Shown piece by piece: positions 1-10,494 of a stretch of DNA of 55,138 bases. Below the pieces are notes generated by a model. The model was not told where the DNA came from. It searched no databases and was given only the letters and a program-made list of their open reading frames with translations. The position numbers and the translations under genes were made by a program. Positions within the stretch are counted from its first letter, which is position 1, and every line of letters begins with the position of its first letter. The stretch is from Synechococcus sp. (lineage in GTDB: Bacteria; Cyanobacteriota; Cyanobacteriia; Thermostichales; PCC-7336). The stretch spans positions 1 through 55,138 of the forward strand of contig JBFRWD010000156.1 in NCBI GenBank assembly GCA_051439425.1. The letters run 5' to 3'.

Positions 1-158
1 CGAACTTTTCAATTGGAATTCCAGATTCTTCGTCCCGAGCGAGTTCTTCGCTTAACTGTTGGCTAGGACTGTGGTGCTCGGTCTGTTTTTTGTATCGCGA
101 CTACGAATGTTTTGTCAGTCAACCAGGCGCGTACGAGTCACTCAATAGTCTCTTGTAC

Positions 159-521
159 CTAATGAGAGCGTTCTGGCCTCCGCAGCTCCTGAAACCACAT
201 GACTGGGAATAGCATCACAAACATCACTAAACTAATAGGCACGCTAATGCCTATTAATAGCCATTGGTAAATCGCCTGGTTTCGCCGCTGGATGTGCTGA
301 CTGGAGCGATTGGGAGAGGCGTGGCGCATCGCATCCAGTTTTTGGGAGTGGGGAACCACTTCTGCGAATGCTGGTAGCTCGCATGATTGCCCTTGCAAAA
401 TGGACTGGATGCGTTGGTATGAGCTGAGCAATTTAGCATACTTGGCACTTAACGCAGGAACCGCGAAACCGGCTTCACGATACTCTTTGAGCTTGAGCTG
501 GAGGGAGCGATAGCTGTTCAT
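159..521 (-). CDS. hypothetical protein with C-terminal transmembrane helix
   Basis: ATG-started 120-aa ORF with hydrophobic C-terminal segment (WLLIGISVPISLVMFVMLFPVMW); no family recognised. Confidence 0.55.
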   Translation of the reverse strand: MNSYRSLQLKLKEYREAGFAVPALSAKYAKLLSSYQRIQSILQGQSCELPAFAEVVPHSQKLDAMRHASPNRSSQHIQRRNQAIYQWLLIGISVPISLVMFVMLFPVMWFQELRRPERSH

Positions 522-762
522 CTAAAAACCTTGAGAAAATATCGAGCAACGCAACCTGCATCCGCATCACTGATTGCCTAGAAGTTTCAGTAACCAGTGT
601 GATTGGACCTTTGGGATATGGGGAGAATGAAGGCTGAAATGGTTCTCGGAAATCTTGGGATGAACTCTAGCTATCGCGGTCGGTGTCCACGGATAGAAAT
701 TGTCTGGGATGCTTGTGCGAACCACCGTTAACGGGGTGGCCTCCAGCAGAGCATTCTAGTGG

Positions 763-1038
763 ATGCAACTGGGAAAAAGCTATGCAGGCTATAACAATTA
801 CCGGCAATTCTATTCGGCATTCATCCAGAATGCACAGGTACAGCAGTCACCTGCTAGAAATTCTTCAGGCCGACTCAGGAGTGTTTGTTTTGAACTGGGA
901 GGCATGGGAGAGTTTGCCGCTTGGATAGCAAGAAACTTGCCCTGCAAAATGGTTTTTTCATTGCTGATGGCTAAACAGGCGCTGCATTCTTCCGTCGAAT
1001 CAACTGCTGCCCGTTTCTGCGAAGACACGATTGGCTAA
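763..1038 (+). CDS. possible small hypothetical protein
   Basis: ATG-started 91-aa ORF followed by a hairpin at 1052-1074; no recognisable motif. Confidence 0.25.
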   Translation: MQLGKSYAGYNNYRQFYSAFIQNAQVQQSPARNSSGRLRSVCFELGGMGEFAAWIARNLPCKMVFSLLMAKQALHSSVESTAARFCEDTIG

Positions 1039-1051
1039 TTAATATTGATGG

Positions 1052-1074
1052 TAAGGCAACGAACTGTTGCCTTA
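1052..1074. terminator. stem-loop, possible terminator or operator
   Basis: Perfect 9-bp inverted repeat TAAGGCAAC-gaact-GTTGCCTTA. Confidence 0.35.
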
Positions 1075-1738
1075 TTGCAATAGCTCGTTGTTGAAACAGA
1101 GTGCTATTTATACATAGCTAAGGTATCCAACTAAGAGCATTACTTCAGTTACTCAACCTCACGATAAACTGCTGTTTTCCTCAGTCCTTTAGCCGTAGGC
1201 TGAGGCTGCGCTGTTTGGCTGTGAGTTGCTAACCCGTATCGACTCTCAGCGTGGCATCGAAGGCAGGGAAGCTACGCCAACACCTGAGTTCAACAAGTTA
1301 AGTCAACTGCAGGGATTGTTCCGTAAATGTTGCGATCGCGGGTGCTCCAGCGATTGCCCCCTTTCCGAGATAGTGGACAGCTAACGCTATTTTCGATGTC
1401 CGACCGCCCTTTTTTTCAAGACTTAAAGCAGGAATTTTGCGATCGCGATGTCGAACTCGTTACAAACGAATGTTTTGCCTATCTTCACCATTGCAACTAA
1501 AGTTATTGCTAGGTGTGAGTCCATCTCAATACATATGACAGTCCCAGTTCGTTGTGCATCCTGCTAGCTCTCTCACTTCAAGAGACCTGGTTTGAATGCA
1601 CGAGAGTTGGTCGAGAGTGCTTGATTGGGTCGAAGTTTCTTAGGGAGCTTCGCATGTTCGGCGTTCGGAAGCCGGTTTAGCTGGTGGTCTATGTACGTGG
1701 ACGGTGGAATTTTGTTGTGAGGCCAAGCCGCTACAAAA

Positions 1739-4700
1739 ATGGGTGAATGGCAACGATTGTCAATCCGCGTTGGAACGTGGAGTTTGTTACTGCTGGCGCT
1801 GGACTCAGTTCCGGCTGTGGCACTGTCGTACTTCAGCGACAGCCTCTCAGATGGTAGCGATGCGGCTAGCTGGGCTGCCGCGATTGAGGCTGCTATTGAG
1901 GGAAATACTCTTGCTGACGCGCTGTCTCATGGTGCCCCGCAAGAGCTGGAATGGTATCAGCCGAAGTCGATCGCTCAGATCGCCGAAACCAGAGCTGATT
2001 CCGGTCAAGTCCAAACCAATTTGTTAGAGCCGGTACAGGTAGAGCCAGCCGACGATACCCTGCCGCCTGTTGCCCCCAGTCCAAGTCAGACCAGTCAGAA
2101 TCCGGCTGCCTTACCATCCCCTCCACTTGAAACCACTCCGGTTCCGCGCACTCCGGCCCCTGTTGGCGAGCCTGTGGATGACTTGCCGGGCAGTGAGATT
2201 GAAAGTTTGCCTTCTGCTGGCGCAGCTGCTGATTTGCAAGGTGAACTGCTCACTCCTCAGCCCTTCTTCGGTCAGCTCGATCCCGACCAGATTTTTGCCC
2301 CTATTCAGCTCGATAGTGTGGCTCCTTTTCCAGGAGTCCCCTTCCTGACGCAAGAAGAGCCTAATTTCGTCTTTGCGCCATTCCGAACGGATTTCTCCCC
2401 GCTGGAGCGGCCTCAATACCGCCTGTTTAATTTCGAAACGGCTTCCACGCTTCGTCAGCAGGAGCTCGTGTTGCGAGCCGGAACCACCATTGGCTCGGGA
2501 GGCAGCAACTGTGACGACGACGACGTATCCTGCGAAATGCGGATCGGGGTCGATTACGGTATTCGAGATGACCTCCTGTTTACGTTCGATTTAGCCCTGC
2601 AAGAAGGGGCAACCATAGCCGGAGTTACGGGTGGAAATTCCGAAGCCCGCTTCTCCTTTAACAGCATCTCTACCCAAATCAAGTGGCAGGCGTTTTCTGA
2701 CGAGCTGGTTAGTTTCGCTCCCACCCTAGGATTGTTGGTTGGGCCGCAGCGTTCCATTGTGTTTTCGCCTGCCAACACGGACTCTCGCATAGAAGCTAAC
2801 GACACCTCTGTGGTTGCAGGTTTGGCCTTGCCGGTCAGTATCACGCTGGGGGAAGTCAATCGGTTTACGATCAGCCCGCAAGTTAGCTTCTTCCCAGGTA
2901 GCCTGTCAGACATTGATGTGACTGGCGACCCCAATGACCTAGATGGTCGCAACGGCTTTAATGGCGATTCGCTGGACTATTACGGCACTGTCGTCGGTAT
3001 TGGTCTGGGGTTCGATCGCAGCTTGAGTCAGTATTTCAAATTCGCCGCCAACTACACCTTTATCGTGGCGGGCAGTAACTCGCTGGATAACGGTGATGAC
3101 TCGCTATTTGTCCCCCGTGGCGTTTGGGATGCCGGTTTTCGCTGGACTCCTAACAGTCGCACCGGCCTGGATCTATACCTGACCAACCGATTTAGCAACA
3201 CTGCTTCCCCCGCCAGCCTATTGGCGGCAGCGGATGGCGATATTTCTATTGCTTTGGACTTCTCGTTCTTGCCGGATGTTGGGAATGACTATCCCATCGA
3301 GATCCGCAACCGCTACCCGGCTACCTATCGTTTCCTATCTGCTTCTACCGGTTTCCCTGCTGCAACCTTGCCGATGGGTAGCATCCTTTATGAAACGGTG
3401 TTTGGTTCTCCGGGTCGTGTTGCTGGAACGGTTCGCTACGGTCTGCTAGATGACCTAGAACTGGTTGCATTGGGCAGCAGCAACGGCACCGATCAGTTCC
3501 GTAGCGAAGCGGGCTTGTTGCTCCGTTATGCTCTGCTGCGGGATCTGGGAGATAACGATATCTCGGCTTCATTCACGTTTGGTGTACAAAATCTATTTGG
3601 CGATCCCGATGTAGCTCTCTACACGGATGTGCCGGCGGCATTTGCCCTGTTTGACGATCGTCTGCTGCTGACCGTGGCTCCGAAGGGGGCGGTTCCCATT
3701 CAGGGGAATGCATTCGATGCGATCGGTGGTATTTCTACGGGGATCAACTTGTCTGTCATCGATCGCACGCAATTGTGGGGTCAGTGGACTCCCACGTTTG
3801 GAGACAATTGGCTGGATGACGGCAGTAGCGATGAATTTGCCGATCTAGATGGCAACCGACAGCTCTTTACGGTGGGGGTACGTCAGATATTTCCCTCCGG
3901 TAACTCCACGTATGCACTGGACTTTTTCTATTCCAACAGTGCAGGTGAGTATGGCGTGCAAGGGCTGACCGCTTTGCCCGACGGGGACACCCGATTGGGG
4001 GCACGATTCAGCATCCTAAATGGGGTGCCCTGGCAAACTCGCGAAGCGGAGGCTGAAGCGGCTGAAGCTGCGACAGTGGCAGCAGCTCCTGAGAGCGACA
4101 CTGAACTTGAAAGCGACACCGCCGAAGTTGGCGAATCGACGGCATCGAATGAGGAAGACGTAGCAGCGGCTTCTTCTGATGACGCTGAGTCTACTCCTAC
4201 GCAAGATGTCGAGCCGGAGCCAGAACCTGACTCCGAGCTAGAACCTGACCCCGAGCCAGAGCTCGATCCCGAGCCAGAAGCTGCTTTTGACTCTGTAGAA
4301 GAGGACGAGGACGCTCTCGATCCGCTTTCTAGCGAAGAGGTTGAGGTTGACGACGTTGAAACTAGCGAATTTGACGAACCTAGCGAACTTGGCGAATCTA
4401 GCGAACCCGACGAACCTAGTGAGCTGGACACTAACGAAGCGATCGCGGAGGAACCGGAAGCCGAGGCTGATGAGTTGGCTGAAGATGGACGAACTGAAGA
4501 GTCCGATGTTGAAGAAGTAGAGACGGAAGAGGATGACGAATCGGCAGTTATCGAGCCGATTGCTCCTTTGATTGACCCGCTGGCAGTGGATGCTGAGGAA
4601 GATAGCGAGCCTCCTGTAGAGAGCGGCCCCGATCTCGAACCGCTACCAGAACCCGAGCCAGAACCCCCTGAAGCAACAGCCCCTCAAGTGCAAGAGCGCG

Positions 4701-6085
4701 AAGCCAGCTTGGCGGAGCTGTCTCCCGAGCAAGCAGAGAGTGATGCGGATGATTCCACTGCTGAGGAGTTACCGGCCGCAGGCTCAGATCCAGTTGAAGA
4801 CTCAGATAATGAGTTGCCTGAGCCGGAAGCAGATAGCGAGCTTACTGGACTTGAGGTGGCTGAAAACGAGCCGGTGGAGGAAGACACCATCGCCGATGAG
4901 TCTGCTGAAGACGAGGTCACCGCAGAGGAGATGCCAGAAGAGGAGGTTGCTGTTGAGGAGACTCCTGCAGAAGAGATTCCTGTAGAAGAAGACGCGCCTG
5001 ATGTGGTTGGAGCCGCTCCAAGCGTACCGGAACCGCCTGCGAACGCGAACCCAATCCTGCTCGACGACACGGGTAGTACTCAAGAGGACACTCCACTATC
5101 GTTTGGCCCCACCGATCTGCTCGCCAATGACTCCGATCCGGACGGCGACACCCTAACCATTGCCTCGGTGCAAGATGCTACCAATGGTGAAGTGGTTCTG
5201 AATGACGACGGAACAATTGCCTTCACCCCAACCGCTGATGTCAGCGGTCAGGGCAGCTTCTCCTACACGGTAGCTGACGGAAATGGTGGCTTTGATACTG
5301 CAATAGTAGATATCGAGCTGGCCCCCGTTAACGATCCTCCGCTCGGTGACGACGACACCGGCTTGACTGCGGAGGACACTCCTCTGACGCTGGCCGCGGC
5401 AGATCTGCTGGCTAATGATTCCGACCTCGATGGCGATCCGCTCACCATTGTGTCTGTCCAGGATCCCACCAACGGTAATGCCACATTAAATAATGACGGC
5501 TCAGTGGCCTTCACCCCCAACGCCGATTTCAACGGCCTGGGTAGCTTCAGCTACACCGTCGACGACGGCAATGGCAGCACGGCGATCGCTCGCGTCACGG
5601 TTGAGGTTACCCCGACGAATGATGCTCCGATTGGTGCTCCTGATTCCGGCACCATCGATCAAGGAACGTCCTTGACTCTCAGCACCGCTGACTTGTTGGC
5701 CAACGACTCCGATATCGATGGCGATGCCCTTGCTGTTGCCTCGGTGCAAGAGGCCAGTAACGGTAGCGTTATCCTCAATGCTGACAACACCGTTACCTTT
5801 ACCCCAAGACCGGATTTCAGCGGTCAGGCAACCTTTACTTACACGCTGTCTGATGGCAGCGATGGCACCGACACGGCCACCGTTACCGTCACAGTGACGG
5901 CCGTTGCACCAGCCCCCCCCCCCGAACAACCGCCTGCCCCGGATACGCCGGACGAGCTGGCCCCTGACGCAGATCCGGAGGCAGCACCGGGTTACGTTCC
6001 ACCGTCCACCAGTGCAGACGATTTGCTGGCCCCCATTCCCGAGGCTCCCAATTCTGCTCCGCCTAACAATGGGGAGGGCAACTAA
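1739..6085 (+). CDS. large exported/outer-membrane protein: two tandem beta-barrel-like repeats, acidic low-complexity stalk, three cadherin-like (Ig-like) repeats
   Basis: N-terminal signal-like hydrophobic stretch; alternating beta-strand pattern at ~2430-4020; E/D/P-rich region ~4040-5040; three repeats with LLANDSDxDGDxLT and F(S/T)YT(V/L)xDG motifs at ~5045-5905. Confidence 0.85.
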   Translation: MGEWQRLSIRVGTWSLLLLALDSVPAVALSYFSDSLSDGSDAASWAAAIEAAIEGNTLADALSHGAPQELEWYQPKSIAQIAETRADSGQVQTNLLEPVQVEPADDTLPPVAPSPSQTSQNPAALPSPPLETTPVPRTPAPVGEPVDDLPGSEIESLPSAGAAADLQGELLTPQPFFGQLDPDQIFAPIQLDSVAPFPGVPFLTQEEPNFVFAPFRTDFSPLERPQYRLFNFETASTLRQQELVLRAGTTIGSGGSNCDDDDVSCEMRIGVDYGIRDDLLFTFDLALQEGATIAGVTGGNSEARFSFNSISTQIKWQAFSDELVSFAPTLGLLVGPQRSIVFSPANTDSRIEANDTSVVAGLALPVSITLGEVNRFTISPQVSFFPGSLSDIDVTGDPNDLDGRNGFNGDSLDYYGTVVGIGLGFDRSLSQYFKFAANYTFIVAGSNSLDNGDDSLFVPRGVWDAGFRWTPNSRTGLDLYLTNRFSNTASPASLLAAADGDISIALDFSFLPDVGNDYPIEIRNRYPATYRFLSASTGFPAATLPMGSILYETVFGSPGRVAGTVRYGLLDDLELVALGSSNGTDQFRSEAGLLLRYALLRDLGDNDISASFTFGVQNLFGDPDVALYTDVPAAFALFDDRLLLTVAPKGAVPIQGNAFDAIGGISTGINLSVIDRTQLWGQWTPTFGDNWLDDGSSDEFADLDGNRQLFTVGVRQIFPSGNSTYALDFFYSNSAGEYGVQGLTALPDGDTRLGARFSILNGVPWQTREAEAEAAEAATVAAAPESDTELESDTAEVGESTASNEEDVAAASSDDAESTPTQDVEPEPEPDSELEPDPEPELDPEPEAAFDSVEEDEDALDPLSSEEVEVDDVETSEFDEPSELGESSEPDEPSELDTNEAIAEEPEAEADELAEDGRTEESDVEEVETEEDDESAVIEPIAPLIDPLAVDAEEDSEPPVESGPDLEPLPEPEPEPPEATAPQVQEREASLAELSPEQAESDADDSTAEELPAAGSDPVEDSDNELPEPEADSELTGLEVAENEPVEEDTIADESAEDEVTAEEMPEEEVAVEETPAEEIPVEEDAPDVVGAAPSVPEPPANANPILLDDTGSTQEDTPLSFGPTDLLANDSDPDGDTLTIASVQDATNGEVVLNDDGTIAFTPTADVSGQGSFSYTVADGNGGFDTAIVDIELAPVNDPPLGDDDTGLTAEDTPLTLAAADLLANDSDLDGDPLTIVSVQDPTNGNATLNNDGSVAFTPNADFNGLGSFSYTVDDGNGSTAIARVTVEVTPTNDAPIGAPDSGTIDQGTSLTLSTADLLANDSDIDGDALAVASVQEASNGSVILNADNTVTFTPRPDFSGQATFTYTLSDGSDGTDTATVTVTVTAVAPAPPPEQPPAPDTPDELAPDADPEAAPGYVPPSTSADDLLAPIPEAPNSAPPNNGEGN
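4358..4429 (+). repeat. 18-bp coding tandem repeat x4 (ETSEFD/EPSELG/ESSEPD/EPSELD)
   Basis: gaaactagcgaatttgac gaacctagcgaacttggc gaatctagcgaacccgac gaacctagtgagctggac. Confidence 0.7.
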
Positions 6086-6086
6086 C

Positions 6087-7574
6087 ATGAGTTATCAATC
6101 TCGAAACCGCGATCTTGTGAACCGCTATTCTCCCCTAAAGGTTCTGGCTGCTGGTCTGTTCATTGGCGGCACATTGGCCTTATCTCCCCCCGCGATCGCT
6201 CAGTCTCTTTCTGCTCTTCAGCAACAAGCCTTGGAGGCCGTCGCTGAAGAGGATTGGGCCAAGGCCGCGCGCCTCTATCAGCAGGCGATCGAGACTGCTC
6301 CCGATCGCGCCGGACTGTATAACAACTTAGGCGTTACTCTGCGTCAAGCGGGTGATACCGAAGGGGCAATTGAGGCTTATCGCAAAGCCATTGAGCTCGA
6401 CCGACTGTTTGGTGAAGCTTACGGTAACCTGGCAGTCCTGCTGTTGGTGGAAGGCGAGTGGGAAGAAACCCTAGAAATCACTCGCCAAGCCCGTGCACAA
6501 GGAATCTCCAATCCCACGTTGGCACTCTACACAGGTCTGGCTTCCGAGCAATTGGGGCTTTGGGAAGATGCGGCTCTGGCCTACGATCGTTATCTGAGAA
6601 CGGATGCCTCGGCCCCCATCGCCTATCGCTCGGCGATTGCCTTTTGGCAAGCGGGGAATGGTCGAGACGCCATCCGGGCTTTCCGGCGGGCATCGTTGCT
6701 TGACCCTGCCTTTGGGCTATATATTTCCGAAACCGGTTTGGCGTTAGCTCGCTTGGGGGCAACCGATAATGCCATCGATATTCTTAGCAAATTGCCGGTT
6801 AACTGGTCGCAGCCACGAGATTTTGTTGTGTTGGCACGTTTGGCTCAGCAGGAAGACATGCTTGATCTGGCTGAAGACTCTATCTTGAAAGCGTTTCAAC
6901 TCAGTCAACAGCAAGGGGGGACGATTCCCACCAGTTGGGTCAGTGATGTAGGCGCGATTGAGGCCAGTCGTGGAGACTATGCTGCGGCTGAGAGTACGTT
7001 GCAGGATGCCATTGACGGCTCGGCCTACAACGTTGAAGGCGACCCTGTGGATGATTCTTCCAGTGCCTCTCCCGCTCCTTTAGGGGAAGTCCCCGATCTA
7101 TTCGATCTGTTAGAGCAATCGGCTCCTAGCGGCTCGGCAGATAATCCTGCGGGGGGGGAACCTGACGGGTTGGCCGTCAGCCACAGCGATCGCGATGTAG
7201 CGATTGCCTCAGCGAATTTGGCCGATACTTATTTGACCCAAGGAAAGAATGCATTAGCCTTGACCGCTAGCGAAGCGGCAATCGCCGCCGATGACAGCTT
7301 GCCTTTGGCCTACAACAATCGCGGTGCAGCTCAGCTTGCACTCGGCGAATTAGACGCGGCCAGCGAGAGTTTTTTGACCGCGATCGAGCTACAGCCTGAC
7401 TATTGGCAAGCCCAGCGAAATTTGGGCATTGTCTACATTCAGCAGGGAGATCGCGAGCAAGCACAGGAGTATTTGGCCCAAGCGATGGACAACGCCCCTA
7501 CCTTAGACATCGTGCAGCAGATCAACCGAGAAATGGTCGATCTGGAGCGCTCTACCTTATCTGACGAGGACTAA
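6087..7574 (+). CDS. exported tetratricopeptide-repeat protein
   Basis: ATG at 6087, one base after the upstream stop; signal-like segment (LAAGLFIGGTLALSPPAIA); TPR motifs YNNLGVTL, AYGNLA, AYNNRGAA, AQRNLGIVY. Confidence 0.85.
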   Translation: MSYQSRNRDLVNRYSPLKVLAAGLFIGGTLALSPPAIAQSLSALQQQALEAVAEEDWAKAARLYQQAIETAPDRAGLYNNLGVTLRQAGDTEGAIEAYRKAIELDRLFGEAYGNLAVLLLVEGEWEETLEITRQARAQGISNPTLALYTGLASEQLGLWEDAALAYDRYLRTDASAPIAYRSAIAFWQAGNGRDAIRAFRRASLLDPAFGLYISETGLALARLGATDNAIDILSKLPVNWSQPRDFVVLARLAQQEDMLDLAEDSILKAFQLSQQQGGTIPTSWVSDVGAIEASRGDYAAAESTLQDAIDGSAYNVEGDPVDDSSSASPAPLGEVPDLFDLLEQSAPSGSADNPAGGEPDGLAVSHSDRDVAIASANLADTYLTQGKNALALTASEAAIAADDSLPLAYNNRGAAQLALGELDAASESFLTAIELQPDYWQAQRNLGIVYIQQGDREQAQEYLAQAMDNAPTLDIVQQINREMVDLERSTLSDED

Positions 7575-7914
7575 GCGCCTGGCGAGGACTAAGCAAGCCG
7601 GAGTTGGTTGTCTTTGGTTTGGGGTTGGCTTTTGCTGCCAACGGCATAATTTGCCGCTGGCGATCGTGCTGGTGGCAGCTGTGTCGTTACTTTGTCGAGC
7701 TGGCTAACCTGCCAGGATATTGCCCACAGCGACTAGGTAAAAGTCCTGCCGCTAGCGCTGCTGCCGCAATCCGGAGGAGCGCGAATGCTGATCTGCAGGC
7801 TGAGTGCAATGCATTGAAGGAGGAATGATAGGCGCTATGTTGGTGCCACTTGTTCGATCTTGCGGTCAGTTGCTCGCGAAGAACCGGTCTGCAGACTCGA
7901 AACCTTGACTATCA

Positions 7915-8844
7915 TTGGTCAAAGGCGACTGGACTTGTATCGTGTCTCTCCCCGAGTTCTCTCAATCTGATGTTTCCCAATCTGAGGGAGCGCATGCGGA
8001 TCGTGATGATAAACCCGTTCAGGTTGGCCCAGCCCAGCAATGGGACAACGTGTGTGTGGACTACCTCCAAAATCCCCCCGGCGAAGGGAACTGTCATGTT
8101 GAGGATTGGCATACGCTATTTGTGTCGCTGGCTCCGCGTCCGCTGCATTACGTACAGGTTCAGGATGGCAAGACATTTTCGGGGCTGTATCGTCCTGGAG
8201 ATATGTTGATTACCCCCGCCAATACGCCGTTGTTTGTGCGCTGGGAAGGCGACGAACAATGCTTGCAAATTCAGCTTTCGACTCGGTTTTTACGGCAGGT
8301 TGCTACACAAACTTTGGAACGAGATGGCGATCGCCTGCAGCTACAGCCTGACTTTCGAGTGCGCAATTCCCATATGGAAGCGATTGCTAACATGCTCTTG
8401 GCTGAATCGCAACAGACTTCCTTGGGCAGTCAACTTTATCTCGATTCCTTAGCCAATGCTCTAGCGGTCAATCTGCTTCGACATCATGCAACGACGACAC
8501 CGCAACTTCCCGAATACGACGGTGGCTTACCTCCCCGTCAATTGCAACAAATTCTGGATTTTGTTGACGCTCATTTGGAGCAAGAGTTGAGGTTGGAAAC
8601 CCTGGCTCAATTGTTGGATATGAGTCAGTTTCACTTCAGCCGTTTGTTCAAACAGTCGATGGGCTCGTCTCCCTATCAATATCTAATCCGGCAGCGGGTA
8701 GAGCGTGCCAAGTCTTTGCTGAAGACTAGCGATCGCCCCATTGTCGATATTGCCTTAGAGTGCGGCTTCAACAGCCACAGCCACCTCAGCAAACAATTTC
8801 GCCAAGTGACCGGCATAACCCCCAAGGCATACCGAGCACGTTAA
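7915..8844 (+). CDS. AraC-family transcriptional regulator (start codon uncertain)
   Basis: C-terminal double HTH: LETLAQLLDMSQFHFSRLFKQSMG...IVDIALECGFNSHSHLSKQFRQVTGITPKAYR. Confidence 0.92.
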   Translation: MVKGDWTCIVSLPEFSQSDVSQSEGAHADRDDKPVQVGPAQQWDNVCVDYLQNPPGEGNCHVEDWHTLFVSLAPRPLHYVQVQDGKTFSGLYRPGDMLITPANTPLFVRWEGDEQCLQIQLSTRFLRQVATQTLERDGDRLQLQPDFRVRNSHMEAIANMLLAESQQTSLGSQLYLDSLANALAVNLLRHHATTTPQLPEYDGGLPPRQLQQILDFVDAHLEQELRLETLAQLLDMSQFHFSRLFKQSMGSSPYQYLIRQRVERAKSLLKTSDRPIVDIALECGFNSHSHLSKQFRQVTGITPKAYRAR

Positions 8845-8877
8845 GCCCAAGATTTGCACCGTTCGGCCTCCACTGCT

Positions 8878-9387
8878 ATGACTTCATCCCCAACCTCTAG
8901 CGCTCGATCGTCTGTCGTTCAACCCGCAATTCCTATTGGACATCTACGCGGCGTCCATCACATTGCTTTGAACGTGGCCGATCTAGAGCGATCGCGTCAC
9001 TTCTACCGAGATGTGTTGGGGCTCAAAGAACTGACGGGGGCGGAGGTCCCCAGCACCCTCAAACAATTGGTAGCCGATGGCAAAGTTAGCAATTTTGTCA
9101 TGCCTGATGGCACAATTCTCGATCTGTTCGCCACTCCCGACCTACCGCCACCCAACCCAGATCCCGCCCAAGAATTCACCCGTGCCAACCATCTCGCCTT
9201 TGATATCGATCCAACTCGATTTGATGCAGCCGTGACTAGTCTGGCTGAGAACGAAATCGCGATCGCGAGTGGCCCGGTAACCCGCCCTACAGGACGGGGC
9301 ATTTATTTCTACGATCCGGATGGCTTTTTGCTCGAAATTCGATGCGATCCTCTAGCAACGGGATGTGCCGCTTCGCCAGACCATTGA
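8878..9387 (+). CDS. VOC (glyoxalase/bleomycin resistance/dioxygenase) family protein
   Basis: HHIALNVADLERSRHFY, NHLAF, GIYFYDPDGFLLEI motifs; ATG at 8878. Confidence 0.9.
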   Translation: MTSSPTSSARSSVVQPAIPIGHLRGVHHIALNVADLERSRHFYRDVLGLKELTGAEVPSTLKQLVADGKVSNFVMPDGTILDLFATPDLPPPNPDPAQEFTRANHLAFDIDPTRFDAAVTSLAENEIAIASGPVTRPTGRGIYFYDPDGFLLEIRCDPLATGCAASPDH

Positions 9388-9442
9388 TAAATCTCACCAG
9401 TATGCTGGGGGAGTTGCCTCCACTGGTGCAGGACTTTTTCCT

Positions 9443-10381
9443 ATGGCACTTCATCGTAGTTCCGGTCGTTGGCAACTAGGACTTGGGTTGGCCGCTCTCA
9501 CGGCTTGCTTGTGGGGGATGCTGCCGCTGATGTTGGACATTACGCTGCAGGTGCTCGATCCGGTGACGATTACCTGGTTCCGTTTTGTGGTCGCCTTTAG
9601 TGTGCTGGGAATCGGGTTGGGGTTGCGCGGAGAATGGCCCCAACGCAGACAGCTGACTCGATCGTTGGTAATTCAGCTCGCGATCGCCACCGTGTTTTTA
9701 GGAGCCAATTACTTAGCATTTCTGGTGGGGTTAGACATGACCTCCGCAGGTACTGCTGAAGTGGTGATTCAGCTAGCTCCGTTACTGTTGGCCTTAGGGG
9801 GGCTGGTGGTCTACGGAGAGCGCTACACCCTAAGACAATGGTCGGGATTGGGGGTGCTGTTGGCCGGGATGGCTTGGTTCTTGATCGATACCGTTGGTGT
9901 TACGAGCATCGAGCCCAAAAACTACTGGTTGGGTAGCGCGATCGTGGTTCTGGCCGCAGTCTTGTGGGCGGTCTATGCCTTGCTACAAAAACAACTGTTG
10001 CTGAAGCTATCGTCCCCCCAGATTATGCTGACGATCTATGGAGGGTGTGCGGTCATGTACTCCTTCGGGGCTCAACCGGCTGCGCTGCTGGAACAAACGA
10101 CCGTTCAGTGGATGGCTCTTCTGGCTTGCGCCGCCAACACAATCGTTGCGTATGGGGCATTTGCTGAGTCTCTCAACCATTGGGAAGCTTCTCGCATCAG
10201 TGCCATCATTGCCCTGACTCCCATTTTGACTTTGATATTTGTCGATATTGCTGCTTGGCTATGGCCCAATTGGGTAGAAGTGGAAGCTCTTAGCCGATGG
10301 GGCTGGCTGGCTGCCTGCATCGTGGTGTGTGGGTCATGGATTGTGGTGTTGGGGCGTCGCCGTCACGCCCCCGATCCGTAG
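9443..10381 (+). CDS. DMT/EamA family transporter
   Basis: About 10 TM helices in two EamA repeats; LWGMLP...ITWFRF and AESLNHWEASRISAIIALTP motifs; ATG at 9443. Confidence 0.9.
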   Translation: MALHRSSGRWQLGLGLAALTACLWGMLPLMLDITLQVLDPVTITWFRFVVAFSVLGIGLGLRGEWPQRRQLTRSLVIQLAIATVFLGANYLAFLVGLDMTSAGTAEVVIQLAPLLLALGGLVVYGERYTLRQWSGLGVLLAGMAWFLIDTVGVTSIEPKNYWLGSAIVVLAAVLWAVYALLQKQLLLKLSSPQIMLTIYGGCAVMYSFGAQPAALLEQTTVQWMALLACAANTIVAYGAFAESLNHWEASRISAIIALTPILTLIFVDIAAWLWPNWVEVEALSRWGWLAACIVVCGSWIVVLGRRRHAPDP

Positions 10382-10494
10382 GTGTGCTGAATACTCAAGG
10401 TATGTCCAAGATCGATCTAGTAGAACATCGACTGTATCTAACCAATAGTGGCTGTATCGCCCCCCAATGGAATAGTCCTAACGAAATACTTGGT

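Noticed and set aside
3928..5532. Ser-rich antisense ORFs opposite the large surface protein
   Set aside because: Shadow frames produced by the repetitive acidic codons on the + strand.
5904..6086. N-terminal extension of the TPR ORF given in the track
   Set aside because: It overlaps the upstream gene; ATG 6087 followed by a signal-like segment is the better start.
7561..7594. Short direct repeat CTG(A/G)CGAGGACTAAGC at the TPR stop as an att site
   Set aside because: The copies are adjacent with no integrase or cargo between them; a local duplication is more likely.
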